From Gemmatimonadales bacterium (GTDB lineage Bacteria > Gemmatimonadota > Gemmatimonadetes > Gemmatimonadales > GWC2-71-9), in assembly GCA_035491815.1 (NCBI GenBank), contig DATJKA010000047.1, positions 91,520 to 155,519 on the forward strand: a stretch of DNA of 64,000 nt. Direction: 5' to 3'. The notes below the pieces were generated by a model. It was not told the origin of the DNA and made no database searches. It saw only the letters and a program-made list of their open reading frames with translations. Every line of letters starts with the position of its first letter. Within the stretch, counting starts at the first letter, position 1. Position numbers and translations under genes: made by a program. Below, piece after piece: positions 1 to 8,561 of this stretch.

Positions 1-1
1 C

Positions 2-376
2 GTCATCCCCGGCATCGTCATCGTGTCGCTCGTAATCGGCGGCATCGTGATCATGAACATCATGCTCATGGCGGTGGCGGAGCGAACGCGAGAGATCGGC
101 CTGCGGAAATCCCTGGGAGCGCGACGGTCCGACGTGCTGCGTCAGTTCTTGGCCGAGTCCACCGCGATCGCGACCGTCGGCGCCACGTTCGGCATTTTGG
201 CTGGAATCGGTTTGACCTTTGTGATCAACGCGCTGTCGCCCTTACCCGCCAGTGTCTCCCCAGCGTCGGTGGTGCTCGGGGTCGTCATGGGCGGTGGCGT
301 GGGAGTCGTCGCCGGTGTCTATCCCGCGAGCCGGGCCGCGAAGCTCGATCCCATCACCGCGCTCAGGCAGGAGTAA
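2..376 (+). CDS. ABC-transporter permease, FtsX/MacB family, type A paralog (C-terminal fragment; 5' end outside window)
   Basis: The frame is open from the window edge to TAA 374-376. It carries the FtsX-domain signature IMNIMLMAVAERTREIGLRKSLGARR and ends YPASRAAKLDPITALRQE. It closely matches the C-terminus of 1612-2856. Confidence 0.85.
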   Translation, partial: VIPGIVIVSLVIGGIVIMNIMLMAVAERTREIGLRKSLGARRSDVLRQFLAESTAIATVGATFGILAGIGLTFVINALSPLPASVSPASVVLGVVMGGGVGVVAGVYPASRAAKLDPITALRQE

Positions 377-379
377 GCC

Positions 380-1609
380 ATGACCGGTTTGTTCGAAGGC
401 GTCGGCATCGCGCTCACGTCGCTGCGCGCACACAAGATGCGCGCCGCGCTGACGATCCTCGGCGTGGCCATCGGGGTCACGGTGGTGATGGTGATCGGCG
501 CGCTGATCAGCGGCTTCAACAAGGGCATCTCCGACATGCTCGCGTCGCTCGGCCCCAAGACGTTCTGGGTCGGACGCTACTGGGGCGGGCAGAACGACGA
601 GGATCCTGAAGATCCGAACCCGTGGCGTCGCCGGCCGCCCATCACGATCGAGGAAGCCAATCAGCTCGCGACACTCCCCAGCATCGCCTTTGTCGTCGTG
701 GACGAGGGGACGGCGGCGGACATCGACTTCGAGGGCCACCGTCTCTCGGCAGTTCGCATCCGCGGCCGCAATGCCGACTGGCCGAAGATCGAGGGCGGGC
801 AGATCGACCCGGGTCGCCCGTTCACGCACCTTGAGGACGCATCGAACGCGCACGTCGTGGTGGTCAACAGCAAGCTGGCGGAAAATCTGTTCGGGAATCG
901 CGATCCGATGGGCCGGCGCATCAAGATCGGCGGGTTGCCCTACGACGTCGTCGGGGTCTTCGATCCCCCGCCCCGCCTCTTCGGCGAAGCCGATCAACCC
1001 GAGGCGACGATTCCCCACGGCACCTTCGTGAAGGACATGCAGTACTGGCCCGGCTGGATGGACATGTTCGTCGTGCCGCAAGATTCCGTCACGCTCGAGC
1101 GTGCGATCGACGACGTTACGATGGCCATGCGAACGATGCGTGGCCTCAGGCCCGGCCAGAAGAACAACTTCGACGCCGTGACGCAGGAGGTCTACGTCCA
1201 GGCGGTCAACAGCTTCACCAAGGTCGCGCGCATGTTGATGTGGGCGCTCTCCATGGTCGGCCTCATGGTCGGCGGCATCGGCGTGGTCGCGATCATGATG
1301 ATCTCCGTGACCGAGCGAACGCGTGAAATCGGCGTTCGCAAGGCGCTCGGCGCCCTGCGCCGCGAGATCATGTGGCAATTCCTGGTCGAAGCCGCGACGC
1401 TCACGATGGTGGGCGGCCTCGTCGGCATGCTCATCGGCTGGGGCATCGCGATCTTGCTGCATTCGTTCACACCGGTCCCGGCGTACGTCCCGCTCGCGTC
1501 GATCGTCACGGCGCTCGTGGCGGCCGCGGTGACTGGACTGCTGTTCGGCATTTACCCGGCGAACAAAGCCGCTCGTCTCGATCCGGTCGAAGCGCTGCGT
1601 TACGAGTAG
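380..1609 (+). CDS. ABC-transporter permease, FtsX/MacB family, type B paralog
   Basis: ATG at 380 follows AGGAG at 368-372. The protein has an N-terminal TM helix, a large periplasmic (MacB_PCD-like) region and a C-terminal FtsX domain GGIGVVAIMMISVTERTREIGVRKALGALRREIMWQFLVEA. It ends LDPVEALRYE. Confidence 0.9.
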   Translation: MTGLFEGVGIALTSLRAHKMRAALTILGVAIGVTVVMVIGALISGFNKGISDMLASLGPKTFWVGRYWGGQNDEDPEDPNPWRRRPPITIEEANQLATLPSIAFVVVDEGTAADIDFEGHRLSAVRIRGRNADWPKIEGGQIDPGRPFTHLEDASNAHVVVVNSKLAENLFGNRDPMGRRIKIGGLPYDVVGVFDPPPRLFGEADQPEATIPHGTFVKDMQYWPGWMDMFVVPQDSVTLERAIDDVTMAMRTMRGLRPGQKNNFDAVTQEVYVQAVNSFTKVARMLMWALSMVGLMVGGIGVVAIMMISVTERTREIGVRKALGALRREIMWQFLVEAATLTMVGGLVGMLIGWGIAILLHSFTPVPAYVPLASIVTALVAAAVTGLLFGIYPANKAARLDPVEALRYE

Positions 1610-1611
1610 CG

Positions 1612-2856
1612 GTGTCCTTCCTCGACGCCGTCCGGCTCGCGTTTCAAACGATCAGGGCCCAAAAGCTCAAGAGCGGGTTCTCGATCATCGGCGTCTTCAT
1701 CGGCGTGATGTTCCTCATCGCCGTCGTGTCGGTCGTCGAAGGCATGAATCGCTACATGACCGACAAGTTCGCCGGCACGATCCTCGGCGTGAACACGTTC
1801 CGGCTACGGCAATTCCCCGACGTGCAGCTCGGCAACGTCACCGACTCGATGTGGCGCACGTGGATGCGCCGGCCGCGCGTCACGTATGAGGACGCGCAGG
1901 CCGTCGCCAGAGCGGTGACGGTGCCGGTGCTGGCGGCCTGGGAATCGAACACGCGCGCGCCCATCTTCGCCGGCAAGCGCCAGGTGAAGGACGTCCAGGT
2001 CACCGCCGCGACGGAGCTCTACTTCGATATCCGCTCGTTCAACATCGAGCAGGGACGCGCGTTTACCGCCCAGGAAGTGCAGATCGGTGTCCCCGTGCTC
2101 GTGCTCGGCCATGAGCTCGCCGACAAGTTGTTCGACGGCCAGGATCCGATCGGGCGCGAGGTGAAGGTGTTCGACATTCCCTACCGCGTCATCGGCGTCG
2201 TGGAGAAGCAAGGCACATTGCTGGGCCTGTCGCTCGACAAGTTCGCCGTCGCGCCCGCCACCGCGCCGCTCAAGCGATTCGTGAATCCGCCGCGCGTCGT
2301 GGACGCGGTCGCCATGAAGGCGAATTCGCAGTCCGAAATGCGCGAGGCCATGTCGCAGGCCGAAGCGGTGATGCGCAGCCGGCGCCACCTGCGGCCGCGC
2401 CAGGGCGACGACTTCGCGCTCGAGACCGCCGATGAAGTGCTCGACTTCTGGGCAAAGATCAGCGGCATTCTCCGCATCGCCCTTCCCTTCTTGCCCGGCA
2501 TCTCGCTCGTCGTGGGCGGCGTCGTGATCATGAACATCATGCTCATGGCCGTCGCCGAGCGGACGCGCGAAATCGGACTCCGGAAGTCGCTCGGCGCGCG
2601 GCGGGGAGACATTCTGCGGCAGTTCCTGGTCGAAACCGTCGCGCTCGCCACGGTCGGCGCGGCAGCCGGCGTCGGCACGGGGATCGCCATGGCGGCCGCC
2701 GTCGCAGCGTTCACGCCCCTTCCCGCCGCGGTGGCCCCCTGGTCGATCGTCGTCGGTGTCCTGCTCGGTGCTGGAGTCGGGATCGTGGCGGGCGTATATC
2801 CGGCGAGCCGAGCCGCGCGCCTCGATCCCATCGCCGCGCTGCGCGTCGAAACGTGA
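1612..2856 (+). CDS. ABC-transporter permease, FtsX/MacB family, type A paralog
   Basis: The track ORF 1372-2856 was trimmed to the in-frame GTG at 1612, 2 nt after the upstream TAG. This gives about 414 aa, like its paralogs. FtsX signature VIMNIMLMAVAERTREIGLRKSLGARRGD. Confidence 0.85.
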   Translation: MSFLDAVRLAFQTIRAQKLKSGFSIIGVFIGVMFLIAVVSVVEGMNRYMTDKFAGTILGVNTFRLRQFPDVQLGNVTDSMWRTWMRRPRVTYEDAQAVARAVTVPVLAAWESNTRAPIFAGKRQVKDVQVTAATELYFDIRSFNIEQGRAFTAQEVQIGVPVLVLGHELADKLFDGQDPIGREVKVFDIPYRVIGVVEKQGTLLGLSLDKFAVAPATAPLKRFVNPPRVVDAVAMKANSQSEMREAMSQAEAVMRSRRHLRPRQGDDFALETADEVLDFWAKISGILRIALPFLPGISLVVGGVVIMNIMLMAVAERTREIGLRKSLGARRGDILRQFLVETVALATVGAAAGVGTGIAMAAAVAAFTPLPAAVAPWSIVVGVLLGAGVGIVAGVYPASRAARLDPIAALRVET

Positions 2857-4088
2857 CCGGACTGTTCGAAGGCGTCGGGATCGCGCTCGAATCGCTGCGC
2901 ACCAGCAAGGCGCGCGCGGCGCTGACCATTCTCGGGATCGCGATCGGCGTCATGGTCGTGATGCTGATGGCCGCCATGATCAGCGGCATCAACAAGAGCG
3001 TCTCGAACGTGTTCGAGTCGATCGCCCCGCGGACGTTTCTGGTGTGGCGGTTCTTCCAGGCGGGCGTCAACGTGTCGGACGGCTCGGACGAGACCAGCCC
3101 CTGGCGCCGCAACCCGCCGATCAACGAACTGGAGGCCGACCGCATCCGCGCACTGCCCTCCGTCCGGTTCGTGACGCGCCGCGAGGAGAGCTCGGCGACC
3201 GTCGAGTTCGGCAGCCTGCGGCTAGAGTCAGTGAGCATCTCGGGATTGTCGGCGGAATGGGTCGAGGTCAACGGCGGCGATGTTTATCCCGGCCGCACGT
3301 TCACGAAGTTCGAGGACCTCTCCAACGCCTCCGTGGCGGTCATCAATCGCAAGCTCGAGGATCAGCTGTTCCGCGGCCGCGATCCGATCGGTCACACGAT
3401 CAAGGTCGCCGGTACGCCGTTTACGGTGATCGGTGTGTACACCCAGCCGCCCAGTCTCTTCAGCGGCGCGGCGCCGCCCTTCGTCGGCATTCCGCACGGC
3501 GCGTTCGTGAAAAGCGTGCCGTACTTCAAGGGGTGGATGCGCCTGGCCGTCGCGCCGGCGCCCGGCTATACGCAGCAGGAATCGATGGACGAGGTCGTCG
3601 CCACGCTCCGGGCGATGCGCAGCCTCAAGCCCGGGCAAGACAACAATTTCTCGCTCGTCACCCAGGACAAGCTGCTCGATTCGTGGAAGCAGGTGACGGG
3701 GATGTTCTTCTTCGTCATGCTCGTGCTGTCGTCGATCGGGTTGATGGTCGGCGGCGTGGGCGTCGTGGCCATCATGATGATTTCGGTCACCGAGCGCACC
3801 CGCGAGATCGGCGTGCGAAAAGCGCTCGGGGCAACGCGGCGCGCGATCCTCTGGCAATTCCTGGTTGAAGCATCGACCCTGACGCTCGTCGGCGGCGCCG
3901 TCGGCATGCTCGGCGGCGGCTTGCTCGCGCTGCTCGTGTCGCTCATCACGCCCATTCCCGCCAACGTGCCGCTCTGGTCGGTCGTGGCGGCGTTGCTGGC
4001 CTCCGCGCTCACCGGCGTCGGCTTCGGGCTCTATCCCGCGAGCCGCGCCGCGCGGCTCGATCCCATCGAGGCTCTGCGGTACGAATAG
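2853..4088 (+). CDS. ABC-transporter permease, FtsX/MacB family, type B paralog
   Basis: The GTG start overlaps the upstream TGA (GTGA). The N-terminus MTGLFEGVGIALESLRTSKARAALTILGIAIGV is nearly identical to that of 380-1609. FtsX signature GGVGVVAIMMISVTERTREIGVRKALGATRRAILWQFLVEA. Confidence 0.9.
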   Translation: MTGLFEGVGIALESLRTSKARAALTILGIAIGVMVVMLMAAMISGINKSVSNVFESIAPRTFLVWRFFQAGVNVSDGSDETSPWRRNPPINELEADRIRALPSVRFVTRREESSATVEFGSLRLESVSISGLSAEWVEVNGGDVYPGRTFTKFEDLSNASVAVINRKLEDQLFRGRDPIGHTIKVAGTPFTVIGVYTQPPSLFSGAAPPFVGIPHGAFVKSVPYFKGWMRLAVAPAPGYTQQESMDEVVATLRAMRSLKPGQDNNFSLVTQDKLLDSWKQVTGMFFFVMLVLSSIGLMVGGVGVVAIMMISVTERTREIGVRKALGATRRAILWQFLVEASTLTLVGGAVGMLGGGLLALLVSLITPIPANVPLWSVVAALLASALTGVGFGLYPASRAARLDPIEALRYE

Positions 4089-4108
4089 TTGCACGGTAGC
4101 TTTCCGCC

Positions 4109-5353
4109 GTGCCCCTCTACGAAGCCATTGCCCTCGCCGTCCAGACGATCTGGAGCCACCGGCTTCGCTCGTTCTTTACCCTGCTCGGCATCATCGTGTC
4201 GGTTGCGTTCCTCGTGGCCGTCGTCGCGGTCATTCAGGGGATGAACGCGTACGTCCGCGAGCGCCTCGCGGGCGCGATCGTGGGCGTCAACGCGTTCCAG
4301 ATCCGGCGCGACCCCATTCAGGTGGGCTTCATCGACGACGAGGCGTGGAAGCAGATCCAGCGGCGGCCGATCATCGCGCCCGAGGACGTCGGGTTCATCG
4401 CGCGCGCCGTGCCGGACGCGGAAGCGATCGCCCTGCAGTCCGGATGGCCGACGCCCATGGCCGACGTGCAGTGGCGCAATCGCACGACCGGCGACGTCTT
4501 CGTCTTCGGCGTCACGGCGCCGTACGTCGTGGTGCAGGACTACCAGTTCGCGGCGGGCGAGCCGCTGACCGACGTGGACGTCCAGCAGCGCCGCTACGTT
4601 GCGGTGCTCGGCTACGACGTCGCCGAAAAGCTCTTCGGGAACGCCGCGGAGGCCGTGGGCCGCGACATCCGGGTCCACGGCATGCAGCTCCTCGTGAAGG
4701 GCGTGATCGCGCGCAAGGGGACGGTGCTGGGACAATCGTGGGACGGATTCGTGATGCTGCCGCTCAGCACGTTCGAATCGATGTACGGGCGCCGCCAGAC
4801 GATGGTGATCTCCGTCAAGATGCCGACCGCCGAGGGCGTCGCGCCGGCGATGCTGCGCGCCGAAGAGGCGATGCGGATCGCGCACCGGCTGCGCCCCGGC
4901 GCGGACAACGATTTCACGATCGATACCGGCGAGGGGCTGATCGCGTTCTGGGCCAAGCTGACCAAGGTCATCTTCAACGTCGTCCCGATCGTCGCGGGGA
5001 TCGGCGTGATCGTCGGCGGCATCGTGATCATGAACATCATGCTGATGAGCGTGACCGAGCGAACGCGCGAGATCGGGATCCGGAAGGCGCTGGGCGCATC
5101 GCGCCGCGACATCCGGCGGCAATTCTTCGCGGAAGCCGTCACGCTGTCGCTCTCGGGCGGGGTCGCCGGACTGGTGGCCGGATTCGCGCTGGCGGGTCTG
5201 GTCGCCGCCATCTCGCCGCTGCCGGCGCGCGTCACCGGCTGGTCGATCGCCCTCGGATTGTTCGTGGGCATCGCGGTCGGCATCACGTTCGGCGTGTACC
5301 CCGCGCATCGCGCCTCCCGGCTCGACCCGATCGAAGCGTTACGACAGGAATGA
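4109..5353 (+). CDS. ABC-transporter permease, FtsX/MacB family, type A paralog
   Basis: GTG start at 4109. The N-terminus resembles 1612-2856 (QTI..H/QKL(R)S.F..LGI). FtsX signature GGIVIMNIMLMSVTERTREIGIRKALGASRRD. It ends LDPIEALRQE. Confidence 0.88.
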   Translation: MPLYEAIALAVQTIWSHRLRSFFTLLGIIVSVAFLVAVVAVIQGMNAYVRERLAGAIVGVNAFQIRRDPIQVGFIDDEAWKQIQRRPIIAPEDVGFIARAVPDAEAIALQSGWPTPMADVQWRNRTTGDVFVFGVTAPYVVVQDYQFAAGEPLTDVDVQQRRYVAVLGYDVAEKLFGNAAEAVGRDIRVHGMQLLVKGVIARKGTVLGQSWDGFVMLPLSTFESMYGRRQTMVISVKMPTAEGVAPAMLRAEEAMRIAHRLRPGADNDFTIDTGEGLIAFWAKLTKVIFNVVPIVAGIGVIVGGIVIMNIMLMSVTERTREIGIRKALGASRRDIRRQFFAEAVTLSLSGGVAGLVAGFALAGLVAAISPLPARVTGWSIALGLFVGIAVGITFGVYPAHRASRLDPIEALRQE

Positions 5354-5354
5354 C

Positions 5355-6599
5355 ATGAAGCTGCATTCGGTGCGAGAGGGATGGCGGATCGCGCTCGAGC
5401 AGCTTCAGGCGAACAAGCTGCGCTCGAGCCTGACGGTGCTCGGCGTTGTGATCGGCATCGCGACGGTGATGGCGATGGCCTCCATCGTGGCGGGATTCCG
5501 GGAGCAGATCGTCAACACGCTCGAGGTCGTCGGCCCCACGACGTTTCGCGTGCTGCGCTATTTCTCCACCACCGGCGTGAACCCCGACGCGGTGCCGCGC
5601 GAAGTTCGCATCCGGCCGAAGCTCGTGCCGCGGGATGCCGAGGCGCTCGCGCGGCTTCCCGAGATCCACTATGCGGCGATCTGGACGCAGCTGTTCGAGC
5701 GTTTCGAGTACGGCGGCAATCATACGCGGGTGCTGGGCGTGTTCGGCGCGGACGACCGGTTCATGGAGATTCTGGGCGGCGGCATCATCGCCGGCCGCTC
5801 GTTCACGCCCGCGGAGCTGCGGGGCGGCGATCCGGTCGTGATCGTGGAGCAGCGCACCGTGGACCGGCTATTCGGCGCCGTGAACCCACTGGGTCGCGTG
5901 GTCCGCATCGGCGGCCATCCATTCAAGATTCTCGGCGTGTGGCAGCGCCCGACCAACATCTTCGAGGTCCCCGGGACACCGGAAATCGCGGGGATCATGC
6001 CGTTCGAGTCGGCGCACCGGAGCTTTTTCATCGACGAGTGGAACAGCTTGATCATCCTGGTGAAGCCGAAGCCCGAGGTCTCGGTCAATCGCGCCATGGA
6101 TGCCGCCACCGTGACGCTCCGGCGAATGCGGGGGCTCAAGGTCGGTCAACCGAACACGTTCGACCTGCTCACCTCGGACCAGGTCTTGAGTATCTTCGAC
6201 TCGCTGACGTTCGCGTTCTTCTTCGTGATGCTCGTGCTGTCGAGTATCGCACTGATGGTCGGAGGCATCGGCGTGATGGCGATCATGATGGTGTCGGTGA
6301 CGAGCCGGACGCGCGAGATCGGTTTGCGAAAAGCGCTGGGCGCCACACGTCGCGCCATCCTCTGGCAGTTCCTGATCGAAGCCGCGACGCTCACACTGCT
6401 CGGCGGCATCATCGGCATCCTGCTCGGCGTCGGGCTGGGCGAGGTGCTCAAGTGGATGCTCGCGTTCAACACCACCATTCCCGTCATTCCCGCGGCGATC
6501 GCGACGCTCGCGTCCATTCTTGTTGGAGTGATCTTCGGGATCGCGCCGGCGGCGCGAGCGGCACGGCTGGATCCGGTCGAAGCGTTGAGGTACGAATGA
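5355..6599 (+). CDS. ABC-transporter permease, FtsX/MacB family, type B paralog
   Basis: ATG at 5355 lies 1 nt after the upstream TGA. FtsX signature GGIGVMAIMMVSVTSRTREIGLRKALGATRRAILWQFLIEAATLTL. It ends LDPVEALRYE. Confidence 0.9.
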   Translation: MKLHSVREGWRIALEQLQANKLRSSLTVLGVVIGIATVMAMASIVAGFREQIVNTLEVVGPTTFRVLRYFSTTGVNPDAVPREVRIRPKLVPRDAEALARLPEIHYAAIWTQLFERFEYGGNHTRVLGVFGADDRFMEILGGGIIAGRSFTPAELRGGDPVVIVEQRTVDRLFGAVNPLGRVVRIGGHPFKILGVWQRPTNIFEVPGTPEIAGIMPFESAHRSFFIDEWNSLIILVKPKPEVSVNRAMDAATVTLRRMRGLKVGQPNTFDLLTSDQVLSIFDSLTFAFFFVMLVLSSIALMVGGIGVMAIMMVSVTSRTREIGLRKALGATRRAILWQFLIEAATLTLLGGIIGILLGVGLGEVLKWMLAFNTTIPVIPAAIATLASILVGVIFGIAPAARAARLDPVEALRYE

Positions 6600-7363
6600 C
6601 GAAGGACGGTCGGACGGTCGGACGGCCGGACGGTCAGCCCGAGCCTGTAGATCTTCTCGCGATCGCGGCACATCGCGACGACGTCGAGCTCACCTGCGGC
6701 GGCACGCTCGCCAAAGCCGTGCAGGCGGGTCACCGCGTCGGCATCATCGATCTCACGCAGGGCGAGATGGGCACGCGCGGCGATGCGGCGACGCGCGCCG
6801 CCGAGGCCGCGAAGGCCGCCGCGACTCTCGGTGTGACGCTGCGGCTCAACGCCGGCATGCGAGACGCGCATTTGGAGAACAACGAGCCGTCGAGGAAGAA
6901 AATCGTCGAGTTAATACGTCAAGTGAAACCACGCGTCGTGATTCTGCCATTCCCGGTCGGACGGCATCCCGATCACCGCATCGCGTCCGAGCTCGGTCGC
7001 GACGCCTGTTACCTCGCCGGGCTCGCGAAGTACGAGCCGGGCAAAGGCGGCGAGGCGCATCGGCCGTTCAAGCTCCTGTATGCGCTCGCGTACCGTGAAG
7101 ATCCCGTCAAGCCGACGTTTGTCGTGGATATCTCGGAGGTGTTCGAAACCAAGATGCAGGCGATTCGCTGCTACGGGTCGCAATTCGACGGCGCGAAGGC
7201 GGCCGGGGAGATCCACCCGACCGGGCAGGACTTGTACGAGCTGATCCGGGTGCAGTCGGCGCATTACGGATCGCTGATCCGGCGCCGCTATGGCGAGCCC
7301 TTCTACACGGCGGAGACGCAGGAAGTCGACGACGTGCTCAAGCTTGGCGTGCAGTCCATCTAG
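6596..7363 (+). CDS. PIG-L/LmbE family N-acetylglucosaminyl deacetylase, BshB1-like
   Basis: The track ORF 5381-7363 was trimmed to ATG 6596, which overlaps the upstream TGA (ATGA). Motifs: AHRDDVELTCGGTLAK, IIDLTQGEMGTRG and GRHPDH, as in LmbE/BshB1-type zinc deacetylases. Confidence 0.7.
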   Translation: MTKDGRTVGRPDGQPEPVDLLAIAAHRDDVELTCGGTLAKAVQAGHRVGIIDLTQGEMGTRGDAATRAAEAAKAAATLGVTLRLNAGMRDAHLENNEPSRKKIVELIRQVKPRVVILPFPVGRHPDHRIASELGRDACYLAGLAKYEPGKGGEAHRPFKLLYALAYREDPVKPTFVVDISEVFETKMQAIRCYGSQFDGAKAAGEIHPTGQDLYELIRVQSAHYGSLIRRRYGEPFYTAETQEVDDVLKLGVQSI

Positions 7364-7382
7364 TTTGTAGATTGCGGCCTCG

Positions 7383-8561
7383 ATGACCAAGCGAATCACC
7401 TATCTGGATAACGCGGCCACGACGCCGGTGCGGCCGGAGGTGCTGGAGGCGATGCTCCCCTACCTGGGGAGTGAAGCCTTCGGCAATCCGTCGTCCGCGC
7501 ACCGGTTCGGTCGCGCGGCGCGTGCCGGCATCGAGGAAGCAAAGCGTGCAGTCGCCGAGGCGGTCGGTGCCGAGGCGAATCAGGTCGTGTTCACGTCGGG
7601 CGGGACGGAAGCCGACAATCTGGCGATCATCGGCGCGGCGCTTGCGTCGAAGGACCGAGGCGGCCCGTTCCGCGTCGCGGTCTCCGCAACGGAGCACAAG
7701 GCGGGTCTCGCCGCCGCCCACGCCGTCAAGCACCTCGGCGGGGACGAGGTCGTGCTCCCCGTCGGTGCATCCGGCCGGGTTGACCCAGCCGCGCTCGCGC
7801 AGGTCTTTGGCAGTCCCGGCGTAGCCGTCGTCAGCGTCATGTGGGTGAACAACGAAGTCGGCACGGTGCAGCCCGTCGCCGAGCTGGCCCAGCGATGTAG
7901 CGACGCGGGCGTCCTGTTTCACTCGGATGCGGTTCAGGCCTTCGGCAAGGTTCCGGTGTCCCTTCGCGACGTCAATTGCACGCTCCTCACCATCTCCGGC
8001 CACAAGATCGGCGCCCCCAAGGGCGTCGGCGCCTTGATCGTGCGCGACCGCAAAGCGGTCGAGGCGATCATCCACGGCGGCGGCCAGCAGTACGGCATCC
8101 GTCCCGGCACGGAGAACGTTCCCGGGATCGTCGGCCTCGGCACGGCGGCACGCCTCGCGGCGGCGGAGCAGCCGGCACTCGCGACGCGCCTGCGCGAGCT
8201 GCGCGACGAGCTGGAGCGGCGCTTGCTGGCGCTCATTCCCGATGCCGTGATCAACGGCTGGCAGGGCGAGCGCGCGCCGCACATCTCGAACGTCTCGATT
8301 CCGGGCACCGACAGTGAAGCGCTCCTCATGCATCTCGACCTCGCCGGGATCGCGTGCTCGTCGGGCTCGGCGTGCAGCACCGGCGCGGTCGAGCCCTCGC
8401 ACGTGCTCACGGCGATGGGCGTGCCGCGCGAGCTCGGCGTCGCCGCGCTGCGCTTCTCGTTCGGCAAGGACAGCACGATCGAGGACGTCGAGGCGGTGAC
8501 GACCGCGCTGCCGAAAGTGGTCGAGAAGGTCCGCTCGCTGTCGGCCGTGCTCCACCGATGA
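7383..8561 (+). CDS. Cysteine desulfurase (class V aminotransferase, NifS/IscS/YrvO-like)
   Basis: N-terminus YLDNAATTPVRPEV, PLP-lysine region SGHKIGAPKGVGAL, active-site loop SSGSACSTG. Confidence 0.88.
   Translation: MTKRITYLDNAATTPVRPEVLEAMLPYLGSEAFGNPSSAHRFGRAARAGIEEAKRAVAEAVGAEANQVVFTSGGTEADNLAIIGAALASKDRGGPFRVAVSATEHKAGLAAAHAVKHLGGDEVVLPVGASGRVDPAALAQVFGSPGVAVVSVMWVNNEVGTVQPVAELAQRCSDAGVLFHSDAVQAFGKVPVSLRDVNCTLLTISGHKIGAPKGVGALIVRDRKAVEAIIHGGGQQYGIRPGTENVPGIVGLGTAARLAAAEQPALATRLRELRDELERRLLALIPDAVINGWQGERAPHISNVSIPGTDSEALLMHLDLAGIACSSGSACSTGAVEPSHVLTAMGVPRELGVAALRFSFGKDSTIEDVEAVTTALPKVVEKVRSLSAVLHR

Noticed and set aside
242-1462. 406-aa ORF antisense to the first permease genes. There are many similar long antisense ORFs, for example 3228-4094, 4031-5308, 7338-8555, 11222-12442, 42887-44488, 44966-47368 and 53989-55092.
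   Set aside because: They lie opposite CDSs with clear family signatures. Their translations are Arg/Asp/His/Gly-rich low-complexity strings typical of stop-poor antisense frames in GC-rich DNA. No recognisable motifs are present.
5381-6595. N-terminal 405 codons of the 660-aa track ORF 5381-7363.
   Set aside because: This part is an alternative frame running through the sixth permease gene, and its translation is Arg/Gly/Ala-rich nonsense. The recognisable PIG-L deacetylase begins at ATG 6596 on the permease stop.
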